From an uncultured Nitrososphaerota archaeon (GTDB lineage: Archaea > Thermoproteota > Nitrososphaeria > Nitrososphaerales > Nitrosopumilaceae), in contig OY969559.1 in the NCBI GenBank assembly GCA_963701075.1, positions 1,486,639-1,518,638 of the forward strand: a stretch of 32,000 bases of DNA, read 5' to 3'. The notes beneath the pieces were generated by a model. It saw only the letters and a list, made by a program, of their open reading frames with translations, did no database searches and had not been told where the DNA came from. Positions 1 to 9,363 of the stretch are shown in pieces; position 1 is the first letter of the stretch, and every line of letters begins with the position of its first letter. Both the position numbers and the translations under genes were made by a program.

Positions 1-131
1 GTGTGGGAGGATATCCATACGCGTTAAAGTTGGCGCATGAAAATTGCAAGATAACCAATTCAGAGTTGTCAAGACTTGTTAGTCTATATGGACTGACAAA
101 CGAGATTGGCTCTAGGGAAGTGCTGAATTGA
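1..131 (+). CDS. nurA: NurA-type nuclease, C-terminal end (5' part lies outside the window)
   Basis: Frame 3 is open from the window edge to TGA 129-131 (VGGYPYALKLAHENCKITNSELSRLVSLYGL...). The GYPY-x-L-x2-AH C-terminal pattern is as recalled for NurA. The stop overlaps the TTG start of herA (TTGA), and the gene sits directly upstream of herA-mre11-rad50. Confidence 0.5.
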   Translation, partial: VGGYPYALKLAHENCKITNSELSRLVSLYGLTNEIGSREVLN

Positions 132-1648
132 TAATAGGGGTTGTAATTGGCGAATCAAAGCCAACTGAAGTAACCGCACAATCATCAAAACCTCTTTCGG
201 TTGGAGAGTATGTCATAATTGATTCACAGGACGGCAAGATTCTCGGCCTAGTTGAAAAGTCTGCAATATCAAGTGATGCACTCACAGATGTTAGAAATTT
301 TGATGAGGCAGTTGAGAGCAAAGAAGTTGCCGAGATTAATTCCAGGGACAAAAATTATAAGGTAAAGATTGGAATACTCGGATTTTTGGACAAGTTACAA
401 AAAGGGCATGTGATAATTCCTGCAATTCCACCACTACCAGGAACTTCAATTCTTGAAGCGACACAACATGACTTGGGGACGATATTTGGACCTGTTGGAA
501 ATGAGTGGATTAGGATAGGTGCGCTCTTAAGAAATTCAAGCATTGAAGCAAAAATAAACATCAACAAAATTGTATCAAGACACTTGGCCATTCTTGCAAT
601 GACTGGAATGGGAAAGAGCAACCTTGTTTCACTCATAGCAAAACACGTTGCAACATTAAATGGCACATTGATTATCTTTGATTATCATAATGACTATGAA
701 AACCTAGATGTTACCAAGATGAATTACATGATGGCAAAAATAAATCCCAGGCTTTTGCCTGCAGACAAACTAGCCGAAGTCATAGAACTTCGTGAGAATG
801 CAGACAAGCAGCAAAGAGTCTTGCGAGAATCACTTACTGATTCAGTCAAGCAAGCCAAAGACTTTTGGTCATCTTTAGAAGAGAATGTTTCTGCATTTGG
901 TCGCACTACAAAGGGCTATGCAGACAGCGCAAGTAGGGTTTTCGACAAAATAGATGATGCCAAGCATAGATTTTCAGACATACTAGACCCTGACTGTGGA
1001 GATCCTGTAGATTTGATAAAGGAAGGCAGAGTAAATGTATTGAACATAGCAGAACTAAGCGAGAGACAGGCAAATGCCGGGCTGTCATACTATTTACAAG
1101 AACTATTACAGCAGAGAAAGGAATCAGTCTGGGAAAGAAAAGGCAAGTCCACACACAGAAAAAATTACAAGTTTCTTGCACCAATATTTGTCATAATAGA
1201 AGAGGCTCACGTGTTCATACCAAAAGGAGAACATACCGATACTAAATACTGGGCCTCAAAGGTAGCAAGAGAAGGCCGCAAGTTTGGAATTGGCCTATGC
1301 GTAGTATCGCAGAGACCAAGAAACATTGACCCCAATGTTCTAAGTCAGATGGGCTCTCTTGCAATAATGAAGATCGTACAAGACGATGATCAGCAACAGA
1401 TAGCGTCTGCTGCAGAATCATTAAGCAAAGACCTTCTTTCTCAGCTCTCATCTTTGAATATTGGGGATGCAGTACTAATTGGACAGTGGGTAAACTTGCC
1501 TTCCATAGTACACATAGATGAAGTAAAAAGTAAAAAATCTGGCTCTGACTTGGATGCAGTATCAGAATGGAATCAAACAGACAAATTCAAAGACATTGCA
1601 AAAGAAACAACACAAGGACTAATCCAAAAAGACCTGTTGCTTGATTGA
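128..1648 (+). CDS. herA: HerA-type hexameric DNA helicase/translocase (FtsK-HerA superfamily)
   Basis: 506-aa ORF with Walker A AMTGMGKSN, Walker B-like IFVIIEEAHVF and an N-terminal barrel-like GVVIGESKPTEV. TTG 128 is the only possible start: there is an in-frame stop at 113-115 and no ATG before Walker A. Flanked by nurA and mre11. Confidence 0.9.
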   Translation: MIIGVVIGESKPTEVTAQSSKPLSVGEYVIIDSQDGKILGLVEKSAISSDALTDVRNFDEAVESKEVAEINSRDKNYKVKIGILGFLDKLQKGHVIIPAIPPLPGTSILEATQHDLGTIFGPVGNEWIRIGALLRNSSIEAKININKIVSRHLAILAMTGMGKSNLVSLIAKHVATLNGTLIIFDYHNDYENLDVTKMNYMMAKINPRLLPADKLAEVIELRENADKQQRVLRESLTDSVKQAKDFWSSLEENVSAFGRTTKGYADSASRVFDKIDDAKHRFSDILDPDCGDPVDLIKEGRVNVLNIAELSERQANAGLSYYLQELLQQRKESVWERKGKSTHRKNYKFLAPIFVIIEEAHVFIPKGEHTDTKYWASKVAREGRKFGIGLCVVSQRPRNIDPNVLSQMGSLAIMKIVQDDDQQQIASAAESLSKDLLSQLSSLNIGDAVLIGQWVNLPSIVHIDEVKSKKSGSDLDAVSEWNQTDKFKDIAKETTQGLIQKDLLLD

Positions 1649-2804
1649 GATGATTTTCTCACATATTTCTGATATACATCTTGGTTTTGTGCAATATCAC
1701 TCAGAGGAACGTGAAGATGACATTTACTCAGCGTTCAACCAAGCCATAGATACTTCAATAAAAGACCACGTCAATTTTGTGATATTTGCAGGAGACATTT
1801 TTCACGTGCCAAACCCAAGTGGTAAGGCAATTGTTGTGCTAGCAAACGCCCTGAAACGATTAAGACAAAATAACATCGAGTCATTCTTCATTTTGGGAGA
1901 GCATGACATTAGCCGAATAAGGTCGACTCCGGTTCCTTTCGTATACCATAATTTAGAATTTTCAAGATACATAGGAAATGGTAAACCCCTTGTGTACAAC
2001 GATATCCTCATAACTGGTTTTGACAAGAGGCGAAAGGGCGAGATCCACACATTTGAGAACGATTTTGCCACTGCTGATCTAGCAGCAAAAAACCACCAGG
2101 GGCATAAGATATTGGTTTTACATCAAGGTATTTCTGAAATCAATAAATTTGCTGGAGAGTTAAATTCTACAGATCTACCAAAGAATTTTACATATTATGC
2201 AATGGGCCATTTACACGACCAAGATCTAAAAAGATTCTCTCACCTAGGAGGACCCTTGGCATATCCAGGATCTATAGAAATGACATCAAGTGAGAGCATA
2301 AAAGACGCCCAAAAGGGCTTTTACCAAGTTGACATATCAGGTCCCGAAGTCATTCCAAATTGGATAAAACTAGACATTAGACCTCAGATGTCTTCTAGGA
2401 TATCAATTGACAAACTTTCCGATGAGATTGGCGTACTCTCTGAGAAGATAAAGTCATGTAGTAGAAAACCAGTGGTAGAGATAAGAATAACTGGTGATGC
2501 CTTAGATACAGGATTTATTCAAACACAGATCTCGCGGTTATCTGAATTGACTTTACGTTGTTTTTGGAAACATGTTTCATCTGAACAAAAAGACGGTTCT
2601 GTATTCATTGAAAGACCATTAAAAATAGAAGAAGAGATGCATAAGATAGCAAAAGATATTCTTGGCTCCAATGAGCTTGCAAATTTTGCTATAAATGAAC
2701 TATTGCCGCTCCTCTCAAAGGGAAGTATCGAGGAGGCAAATGTTGCAATCAATGAAAATTATATACAATTCAAAAAGGGATTGAGAAATGCTACGATCAG
2801 TTGA
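1641..2804 (+). CDS. mre11: Mre11 DNA double-strand-break repair nuclease (calcineurin-like phosphoesterase)
   Basis: Phosphoesterase motifs DIHLG, GDIFH, GEHD, VLHQG and GHLH occur in the canonical order. The start (TTG 1641 or ATG 1650) overlaps or abuts the herA stop at 1646-1648. Confidence 0.9.
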   Translation: MIEMIFSHISDIHLGFVQYHSEEREDDIYSAFNQAIDTSIKDHVNFVIFAGDIFHVPNPSGKAIVVLANALKRLRQNNIESFFILGEHDISRIRSTPVPFVYHNLEFSRYIGNGKPLVYNDILITGFDKRRKGEIHTFENDFATADLAAKNHQGHKILVLHQGISEINKFAGELNSTDLPKNFTYYAMGHLHDQDLKRFSHLGGPLAYPGSIEMTSSESIKDAQKGFYQVDISGPEVIPNWIKLDIRPQMSSRISIDKLSDEIGVLSEKIKSCSRKPVVEIRITGDALDTGFIQTQISRLSELTLRCFWKHVSSEQKDGSVFIERPLKIEEEMHKIAKDILGSNELANFAINELLPLLSKGSIEEANVAINENYIQFKKGLRNATIS

Positions 2805-4866
2805 ATTAGTAAATTTTCTCTCTCATGCAAACACTAGACTTGAATTTGATAACGGAGTGACAGTCTTTGTTGGACCAAATGGGGCTGGAAAGTCCAGCAT
2901 AATAGATGCGATAACATTTGCACTGTTTGGAGAACACATTAGAAAATCTACAAAAGGATTACTGCGCAGAGGAAGCAGTCAGGCATATGCCAAAGTGGAA
3001 TTTTCCATCGGAAATAGACAGTTTGAGGCAGTACGTAAGATAGACCCAAAGGGAACTGTGTCGGCTCAGCTTTACGAAAAGATCAATGGAGAGACAGTTC
3101 CACTGGCGGCAGGAGAAAGAAAACAATTTGGGGAATCCATGACACAGACAATAGAATCTCTGATAGGACTTGATTTTGAGAAACTCAAGGTGGCATCCAT
3201 TGTACAGCAAGGCGAATTGCAATCAATCATTGAGGCAGACCCAAAAAAATTCAAAGAACTCGTTAATGCAATAATTGGAATAGACAAACTTGACACTGCA
3301 TATGAAATTATGAAAAAAACAATTGATGCGTTTAGGATATCTGTGAAGACTAGACTGGATTACGATGATACCAGTATAGAGTTTCTTCAAACCAAGATGG
3401 ATTCATCGTCAAAAGAGATCTCGTCTTTAGAACCTCAAAAGAAGAAACTAGAAGAAGAAAAAGCAATACAGGAACAGGAATTTTTTACATTACAGAGTAA
3501 AATAGAGAGCGATGCACCAAAAGAACTCAAGTCAAAAGAGATAGAAAAAAGAAAAGACGAACTTGTGTTATATTTGAGAAATGCCGTAACATCCATCAAA
3601 AGAGAGATTACTGAAAAAGAAAGAAAACTTGCGGAATGTGCTAGTAGTTTACCAATTTTGTCCGCCAAACCACAGGTAGATTATGAGACAAGACAAGTGC
3701 AACATGACCTGGAACGAATACGAAGTGAATCAAAAGAGATAGGCGAAAAAATAGCCAAGATAAAAGGACAGCAAGAGATTGCTGGCAAGCTACAGATGAT
3801 AGATGGAAAATGCCCCGTGTGCGATTCCAAAGTAGACCATATCAATCCCTTGTTTGAAGAAGAACATCTACGCATAGAACTTGAGGCTCTGAGAAAGAGA
3901 GGCGAAATTCTCTCCCAAGAAGAATTTGCCAATCAAAATAAGAAAAAAGAGATAGATTTGAAAACTCAGCAGATCATAAAGGCAGAAAGCGTCCTGTCCT
4001 CAAACAACATCAAGAGTCAAGAGGATTTGGCAAGACTAAAAGAAGAAATTTTGAGTTTACAAACTAATATCAAAGAAGTTCCTCTCGAAGTTAGTACAAC
4101 AGGAAATCTGACACAGTTTGCAATAGATGAGTATTCAACGGATGCAATAAGATCAATATTATCACTAATAGAAGAAACAAAAGACTTTGACGTTGTAAGC
4201 TTTAGAAACATCAAATCAAAACTTGAACCGCAACGAAGACTTCTCAGTACACTAGATCAAGAACTAGGTGCTATGACCACTAGGCTAAAGTTTCACAAAG
4301 AAGAGACTGAGAAAATTTTGCAGATATTAGAAGAGCTGCATCATGTGAAGCAATATGTTTCAAGTCTTGAAACTATTCGTGGACAGATTTACAACAGGGA
4401 CGGTCCTGTTGCCACAAGCCTTCGCTCATGGGCGCTTGGAACTATATCACAAAAGGCCTCAGAGTACTTGACTACATTTAACGTAAAAATTCAGAGAATC
4501 ATTCTTGAAGACAAAGCAAGAGATATTGGAATTACGTGCTATTCTGGTAATTCCACATTGGATTTAGAATCGTTGAGTGGAGGAGAGAAGGTAAGTGTTG
4601 CTCTGGCATTACGTCTTGGCATGGCACACCTCATGGGGTCATCGAGCCTGAATTTCATTATTCTTGACGAGCCAACTACACATTTGGATCAAGAGAGGAG
4701 AAAATCTCTTGTAAGTGTACTCTCACAGGCCTTTGAATCAAACGTGGATGCCATATCTCAATTCATTATAATTACACATGATTCAGAGATCTTTGAAAAC
4801 TCTAACATAGATGCGATATATGATTTCAAGTCAACGCCAGAAGGAACACTGGTTACGCCAATTTAG
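2788..4866 (+). CDS. rad50: Rad50 SMC-like ATPase
   Basis: Walker A GPNGAGKSS, Q-loop QQGE, a long charged heptad-rich middle, CxxC zinc hook CPVC (3811-3822), ABC signature LSGGEK, Walker B/D-loop FIILDEPTTHLD and H-loop ITHD. ATG 2788 overlaps the mre11 3' end by 17 nt. Confidence 0.93.
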   Translation: MLRSVELVNFLSHANTRLEFDNGVTVFVGPNGAGKSSIIDAITFALFGEHIRKSTKGLLRRGSSQAYAKVEFSIGNRQFEAVRKIDPKGTVSAQLYEKINGETVPLAAGERKQFGESMTQTIESLIGLDFEKLKVASIVQQGELQSIIEADPKKFKELVNAIIGIDKLDTAYEIMKKTIDAFRISVKTRLDYDDTSIEFLQTKMDSSSKEISSLEPQKKKLEEEKAIQEQEFFTLQSKIESDAPKELKSKEIEKRKDELVLYLRNAVTSIKREITEKERKLAECASSLPILSAKPQVDYETRQVQHDLERIRSESKEIGEKIAKIKGQQEIAGKLQMIDGKCPVCDSKVDHINPLFEEEHLRIELEALRKRGEILSQEEFANQNKKKEIDLKTQQIIKAESVLSSNNIKSQEDLARLKEEILSLQTNIKEVPLEVSTTGNLTQFAIDEYSTDAIRSILSLIEETKDFDVVSFRNIKSKLEPQRRLLSTLDQELGAMTTRLKFHKEETEKILQILEELHHVKQYVSSLETIRGQIYNRDGPVATSLRSWALGTISQKASEYLTTFNVKIQRIILEDKARDIGITCYSGNSTLDLESLSGGEKVSVALALRLGMAHLMGSSSLNFIILDEPTTHLDQERRKSLVSVLSQAFESNVDAISQFIIITHDSEIFENSNIDAIYDFKSTPEGTLVTPI

Positions 4867-5357
4867 CCGCCAGTCAACTTTGCAAATCGCTCGTTCTTGC
4901 AAAGACTTTCCATAAACTTCAAGTTAGACAATGCCACTACTGCAGAATCTCTTACCTGTTCGCTTGAATCCTCAAGTGCTTTTTGCAGTGTCTCTTTTGC
5001 GTCTTGAGATCCAATCACACCAAGGGCAACAGCTGCTTCATGTCTAACAAATAGACTAGGATCATTTCTGGTTGCATCTTCTAGTGGAGATATTCCACTT
5101 CTCAAACACATCTGCCCTAGAGAAAACGCAGCCTCGTGTCTTACCAATTCATTGGAATCTTTCTTTAGCACACTTGCAATATATGGAATGACATCTTCTC
5201 CACCCATGTCAACCAGAATACAAACTGCTCTGCACCTAATTACAAAGTCTTCATTATCCAATAGGTTGACAAAATATTCCTTGTCCTTTTTCTCATATCT
5301 TTCTTCCATTTCAGATAAAAGGTCAAGGCGGTCTTTAGGAATAAGTTCCATGCACAC
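4863..5357 (-). CDS. HEAT-repeat (PBS-lyase-type) protein
   Basis: 164-aa ORF with repeated VR(H/D)(E/S)A-x2-(A/S)LG units: VRHEAAFSLGQM, VRHEAAVALGVIG, VRDSAVVALSNL. Convergent with rad50; the 3' ends overlap by 4 nt. Confidence 0.7.
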   Translation of the reverse strand: MCMELIPKDRLDLLSEMEERYEKKDKEYFVNLLDNEDFVIRCRAVCILVDMGGEDVIPYIASVLKKDSNELVRHEAAFSLGQMCLRSGISPLEDATRNDPSLFVRHEAAVALGVIGSQDAKETLQKALEDSSEQVRDSAVVALSNLKFMESLCKNERFAKLTGG

Positions 5358-5391
5358 AATTTTATAATCGCATATTTATTTCAATGACTGT

Positions 5392-5850
5392 ATGAGTCGA
5401 TTACGATATTGGAAATTAACAATAGAAGATCTCAGAAAGGCACAGTATGATCCAAAAAAAGTACTAATCTGGGAAATAAAATGCACCAAGGATGACAAGG
5501 GCACACATTTTGGAGTTTTCTGTTACAGAAATGGTACCCCATGGGATTACACATCCGTTCATGGTATTGTCTTTTATCACAATCAGATAACTCAACAAGA
5601 AATAGGAAAGATAACCGATTTTCTCAAGGGCAAGTTTGGCGGCGAACCGGCAGAAAAAGGCAGTAGAATATTTTTAAAGAATTCAAGGGAGATTTACGCA
5701 CCAAATGAGATAGCAGACCTTGCAGTTCAGATAGGAGACACCTTTGAGGCAAGTACAGAATTAACGGTCGAATTAGAGAACTTTACAGTCCCCGAACAGG
5801 AACAAAGCAACTTGCCTTCAAGCAAGATTCTCCCCATACCTGGCAAGTAG
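5392..5850 (+). CDS. hypothetical protein
   Basis: 152-aa ORF with an ATG start and no competing ORF. No motif recognised. Confidence 0.5.
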   Translation: MSRLRYWKLTIEDLRKAQYDPKKVLIWEIKCTKDDKGTHFGVFCYRNGTPWDYTSVHGIVFYHNQITQQEIGKITDFLKGKFGGEPAEKGSRIFLKNSREIYAPNEIADLAVQIGDTFEASTELTVELENFTVPEQEQSNLPSSKILPIPGK

Positions 5851-5884
5851 ATAAATAGGGTTTTGACAAAGTCTAAGATCTCTG

Positions 5885-6682
5885 ATGGATAGGTCAATGA
5901 CGATCATGGAGCATCTGGAGGATCTAAGAAAGCGAGTCTTCAAGATGATCATTGCGGTAGGAGTTGTTACTTTCTTTATTTTAGGATTCCATTTGAATCC
6001 ATTTATCTACAATGGGATTCATCTGTACTATCCAACTTTTAGTCCTTTTAACAACATTGCAGCGCAAGCTACCGTTGTCATGAAACATAACCTGCTTCCA
6101 CCTTCAGTACAATTAATTCAGACAGCTCCAGGGCAAGCATTTTTTGCACAGTTTTATATTGCAGTTCTACTCGGCGTTGCCATAAGTATGCCAGTCATAA
6201 TAAGAGAGTTCATGGGATTTCTAACACCGGCACTTGGTAAGAAAGAGACGCAAATAATAAAATCTGTCACATTTCCCGCAATTGGCCTTTTTGCAGCAGG
6301 TTGCTTGTTTTCATACTTGGTTGTTACTCCATACACGTTAGCATTTCTCTACAAGTATGGCGAATCTGCAGGTCTTCTTACTTTTCTTAACGTGGTAGAC
6401 TTTATCACGTTTGTATTGCAGTTTGCACTAGCATTTGGCATATCATTTCAGCTTCCACTCATAATGTATGCAGTAACTGCGTCTGGAATGGTTGGTGAGA
6501 AATTCTGGAGAAACAACATAAAGTGGGCCGTAATTGCGATGGTGATTTTAGGAGCTGCGATAACACCTGATGGGAGTGGTGTTACAATGTGGTTTGTTGC
6601 AGGTCCGCTGATAGGACTATACCTCATAGGCATGTTCCTCTCAGAGAGACACGCAAATCAGATTGCAACACTTAAATCTTAA
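5885..6682 (+). CDS. tatC: Sec-independent (twin-arginine) translocase subunit TatC
   Basis: 265 aa and polytopic (about 6 hydrophobic segments). The N-terminal MEHLEDLRKRVFK resembles the conserved TatC start. A tatA-like gene lies immediately downstream. Confidence 0.85.
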   Translation: MDRSMTIMEHLEDLRKRVFKMIIAVGVVTFFILGFHLNPFIYNGIHLYYPTFSPFNNIAAQATVVMKHNLLPPSVQLIQTAPGQAFFAQFYIAVLLGVAISMPVIIREFMGFLTPALGKKETQIIKSVTFPAIGLFAAGCLFSYLVVTPYTLAFLYKYGESAGLLTFLNVVDFITFVLQFALAFGISFQLPLIMYAVTASGMVGEKFWRNNIKWAVIAMVILGAAITPDGSGVTMWFVAGPLIGLYLIGMFLSERHANQIATLKS

Positions 6683-6703
6683 TCTGCCGCATTAAGAGCA
6701 CTC

Positions 6704-6881
6704 ATGGCATATGAGAATGTAATAATTATTGTTGTAGTTATCGCAGTGCTTATTTTTGGAGCGAAAAAGATCCCAGAGCTGAGCTAGAACATTTGGCAAG
6801 GCAAAAGGGGAATACGAGAAAGGAAGAATAGAAGCAGACAAGGAACTAAAAGAGTTCAAAGACAAAGAAGAACTCAAGTAA
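6704..6881 (+). pseudogene. tatA: TatA/E-type twin-arginine translocase subunit, reading frame interrupted by 1 nt
   Basis: ATG 6704 encodes MAYENVIIIVVVIAVLIFGAKKIPEL, a TM helix plus the FG-x-KK-x-PE hinge typical of TatA, then hits TAG at 6785-6787. The +1 frame, open only from 6783, continues ARTFGKAKGEYEKGRIEADKELKEFKDKEELK* to 6881. Skipping A6782 or T6785 restores a normal ~58-aa TatA. Missed by the ORF track because both pieces are under 60 aa. Confidence 0.75.
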
Positions 6882-6918
6882 AGAACGCTTTTTTACCCAT
6901 ACAAAAAGAGATATTCCA

Positions 6919-8011
6919 TTGATCAAAAGATCAGAGATTCAAAAAATAGTAAAAGAATACTCGGATCTCTCTATAGGTACACTTGGTAGCCACTCCGCCC
7001 TTGAGATAATGGATGGTGCCAAAGATGAAGATTTTAGGACAATAGTAGTATGCCAAAAAGGCAGGGAAGTTCCGTACAAAAGATTTTCACGAATTGTCGA
7101 CGAAATGATCATAGTCAATAAATTCAAAGACATGCTCTTGCCCAAGATTCAATCAAGGCTTAGGTCATCAGACACCATAATAGTTCCACACAGAGGCTCT
7201 TACTGCATATCTTGGATATGAAGCAGTAGAAAACAAGTTAAAGGTGCCGTTGTTTGGAAATCGCTCACTCTTTCAGGCAGAAGAACGTGCATACAAGAAG
7301 AACCAATACTATCTGCTACAAAAGGCCAAGATAAGACTGCCCAGAATTTTCAAAGACCCAAAAGACATAGACAGACCTGTCATAGTAAAGGTTCAAGAAA
7401 AGACACGCAAGTTAGAAAGAGCTTTTTTTATAGCAACTTCTTATTCAGATTACAAAGATAAAACTGAAAAGAAAATCAGACAGGGATTGATATCAAGGGA
7501 CGCATTAAAGGTTGCAAGCATTGAAGAATTCATAATTGGCACCTACTTTAATTTCAATTATTTCCATACACCAATATCAGACGAGGTAGATTTTCTTGGA
7601 ATTGAAAGGAGGTTACAGACGAACATTCATGACTTTGTTTCATTGCCAGCAAAGCAACAACTTGAGACAAACATAGAATTGCAAAACATCGAGGTTGGTC
7701 ACACGCCTGCCAGTATACGCGAATCGTTGCTAGAAAAGGTAATAGAGACAGGAGACAAGTTTGTGTCAGCAGTAAAAAAAGAATATCCCCCCGGCATCAT
7801 AGGCCCATTTTCGCTTCAAAGTGTAATCACAAAAGACTTGGAGATAATAGTATACGATGTATCACTTAGAGTTCCAGGCAATCCAATTCTTGCAACTACC
7901 AGTCCATATACAAAATACAAGTATGGAACAACTTTTGGCGTAGGCAGAAGAATAGCAATGGAGATAAGAAAAGCACAGCAAGAAGGAAAACTCGAAGAGA
8001 TAGTAACCTAG
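6919..8011 (+). pseudogene. purP: PurP (5-formaminoimidazole-4-carboxamide ribonucleotide synthetase, ATP-grasp), split by a frameshift near 7190-7205
   Basis: The two ORFs (6919-7221 and 7244-8011) are the N- and C-terminal parts of one PurP. The first carries TLGSHSALEI-x-GAK, VPYKRF and IVPH-GS. The +1 frame, open from 7184, carries TAYLGYEAVENKLKVPLFGNR, IEEFIIGT-x-FN and GPFSLQ. Colinear with archaeal PurP as recalled (M. jannaschii ...VPHGSFIAYCGLDNVEN..VPMFGNR...). Confidence 0.8.
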
Positions 8012-8433
8012 GCTTCCATTTTTTCTTTTAAAAGATTTTTTCTGACAAGTATCGGTATATTGTAAAATGATGCCAGTGCAATGGCATCGGATGCCCTGTA
8101 GTTTCGCATGACAAGATCATTTTTTCCTGTAAAGTAAAGATTGGCACGCAGTACACTCCCACTTTCATACACTTTTATCCTAACAAGAACTAATTCGTTG
8201 ACTTCAGCAATTTCCTCAATCATGTTGTATATTGTAGGTATTGCGCCTCTTTCTCCTTCAATAAAATTTGTAATGTGTCTTGCAACCTCTCCTGAAAATG
8301 CCCTTATGTGAAATTCTTTACCATCATCAGCTCGCAGTATAACCAGACCTTCTACGCCATATGGATCAATAAAACCAACGTAGGTGATCTTAGTCTCCGC
8401 ATAATCAGAATCTTGAGGCTCGTCTATCTTCAC
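8008..8433 (-). CDS. bifunctional nuclease (DUF151/BFN) family protein
   Basis: 141 aa. The C-terminal RASDAIALASFYNIPILV matches the conserved R-P/A-SDAIALA...PI-x-V core of DUF151, with central IPTIYNMIEE. Overlaps the purP stop by 4 nt, convergent. Confidence 0.7.
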   Translation of the reverse strand: MKIDEPQDSDYAETKITYVGFIDPYGVEGLVILRADDGKEFHIRAFSGEVARHITNFIEGERGAIPTIYNMIEEIAEVNELVLVRIKVYESGSVLRANLYFTGKNDLVMRNYRASDAIALASFYNIPILVRKNLLKEKMEA

Positions 8434-8520
8434 GGCTATTCTTTATCGAGCGCCATTGCAGATAAATACTTTGAAAAAAACAGATAGAATTTAATGTCAC
8501 CGTGTCACGTTTTTTACTAG

Positions 8521-9363
8521 TTGGAAAAACAAAGCACAGTACACCGTTCACACAGAATGTTGATCACTGTTGGATTTGTAGCAATAGCTGCATCATTTCT
8601 TGCCTATGCAAGAAATGATGAGATTACCATAACTCCCGCGGCTATGCCAGCATTGCAGAATTTGGCAGTAGCAACATATGTCATTTTATTCACGTCATTT
8701 GGTGCAATAGGATGGGGTTTGTACAAGTTTTACAAAGCCAAGATAGAGCTTCCTGATTCATCAACTGCTTCGATAATTTCTAACGCCATAAACAACAAGA
8801 GGGCAAAACAGATCTTTATCATAAGTGCTATAGGATATGGAATATTTTTCGGACTAACGTCTGGGATGATCCTCTACAAGCCAGAGATCAATGCAACAGA
8901 CTATGGTTTCCCAACTCCTCCACATATTGAGCTCTCCCCTTGTTGTGATTTGCCAGGATACATGCCAATGATATTTGCCTTTTTCACAGAACATGTAGGA
9001 TTACAAATCGTTCCAATAAACTTGGTTCTTCTTGTTGCAGTGTCCTTTCTAGTTGGATTGAATTTTGCCCTTTCTGCAACCACGTTTACAGTAGCAAGAG
9101 GTGCAGGAAAGTTTGGCGCGTTTGGTGCAGTAACAGGACTCTTTGTCGGGTGCCCCACCTGTGCTGGCACGGCCTTTACAATGCTTTTTGGCCTGGGAGC
9201 TAGTGCAACAGGTGTAACATTGTTTTTGACCAGTTATGAAGCACAACTTCAAACTATATTCATAGCTGCTTCAATTCCTGTGTTAATTGCCACTCCATTC
9301 ATCATGGCAAGAAAGATAAGAAAAGCACAGAACGGAAGTTGTGCATTAGAGCCTAAGCAATAG
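8521..9363 (+). CDS. polytopic membrane protein with CC and CPTC cysteine motifs
   Basis: 280-aa ORF (TTG 8521; first ATG gives MLITVGF) with at least 6 hydrophobic segments. Cysteines cluster as SPCCDLPG and GCPTCAG at the membrane-segment edge. Family not recognised. Confidence 0.6.
   Translation: MEKQSTVHRSHRMLITVGFVAIAASFLAYARNDEITITPAAMPALQNLAVATYVILFTSFGAIGWGLYKFYKAKIELPDSSTASIISNAINNKRAKQIFIISAIGYGIFFGLTSGMILYKPEINATDYGFPTPPHIELSPCCDLPGYMPMIFAFFTEHVGLQIVPINLVLLVAVSFLVGLNFALSATTFTVARGAGKFGAFGAVTGLFVGCPTCAGTAFTMLFGLGASATGVTLFLTSYEAQLQTIFIAASIPVLIATPFIMARKIRKAQNGSCALEPKQ

Noticed and set aside
355-4214. Numerous 60-100-aa minus-strand ORFs inside herA, mre11 and rad50 (for example 355-666, 906-1184, 1802-2071, 3681-3932)
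   Set aside because: They lie antisense to strongly supported genes. They have Ser/Leu/Cys-rich compositions typical of shadow ORFs and no motifs.
6776-6790. Programmed +1 ribosomal frameshift in tatA at AGC-TAG
   Set aside because: There is no slippery P-site codon that can re-pair in the +1 frame, and no obvious stimulatory element. Three other genes nearby show similar unprogrammed-looking indels. Error or mutation is more parsimonious.
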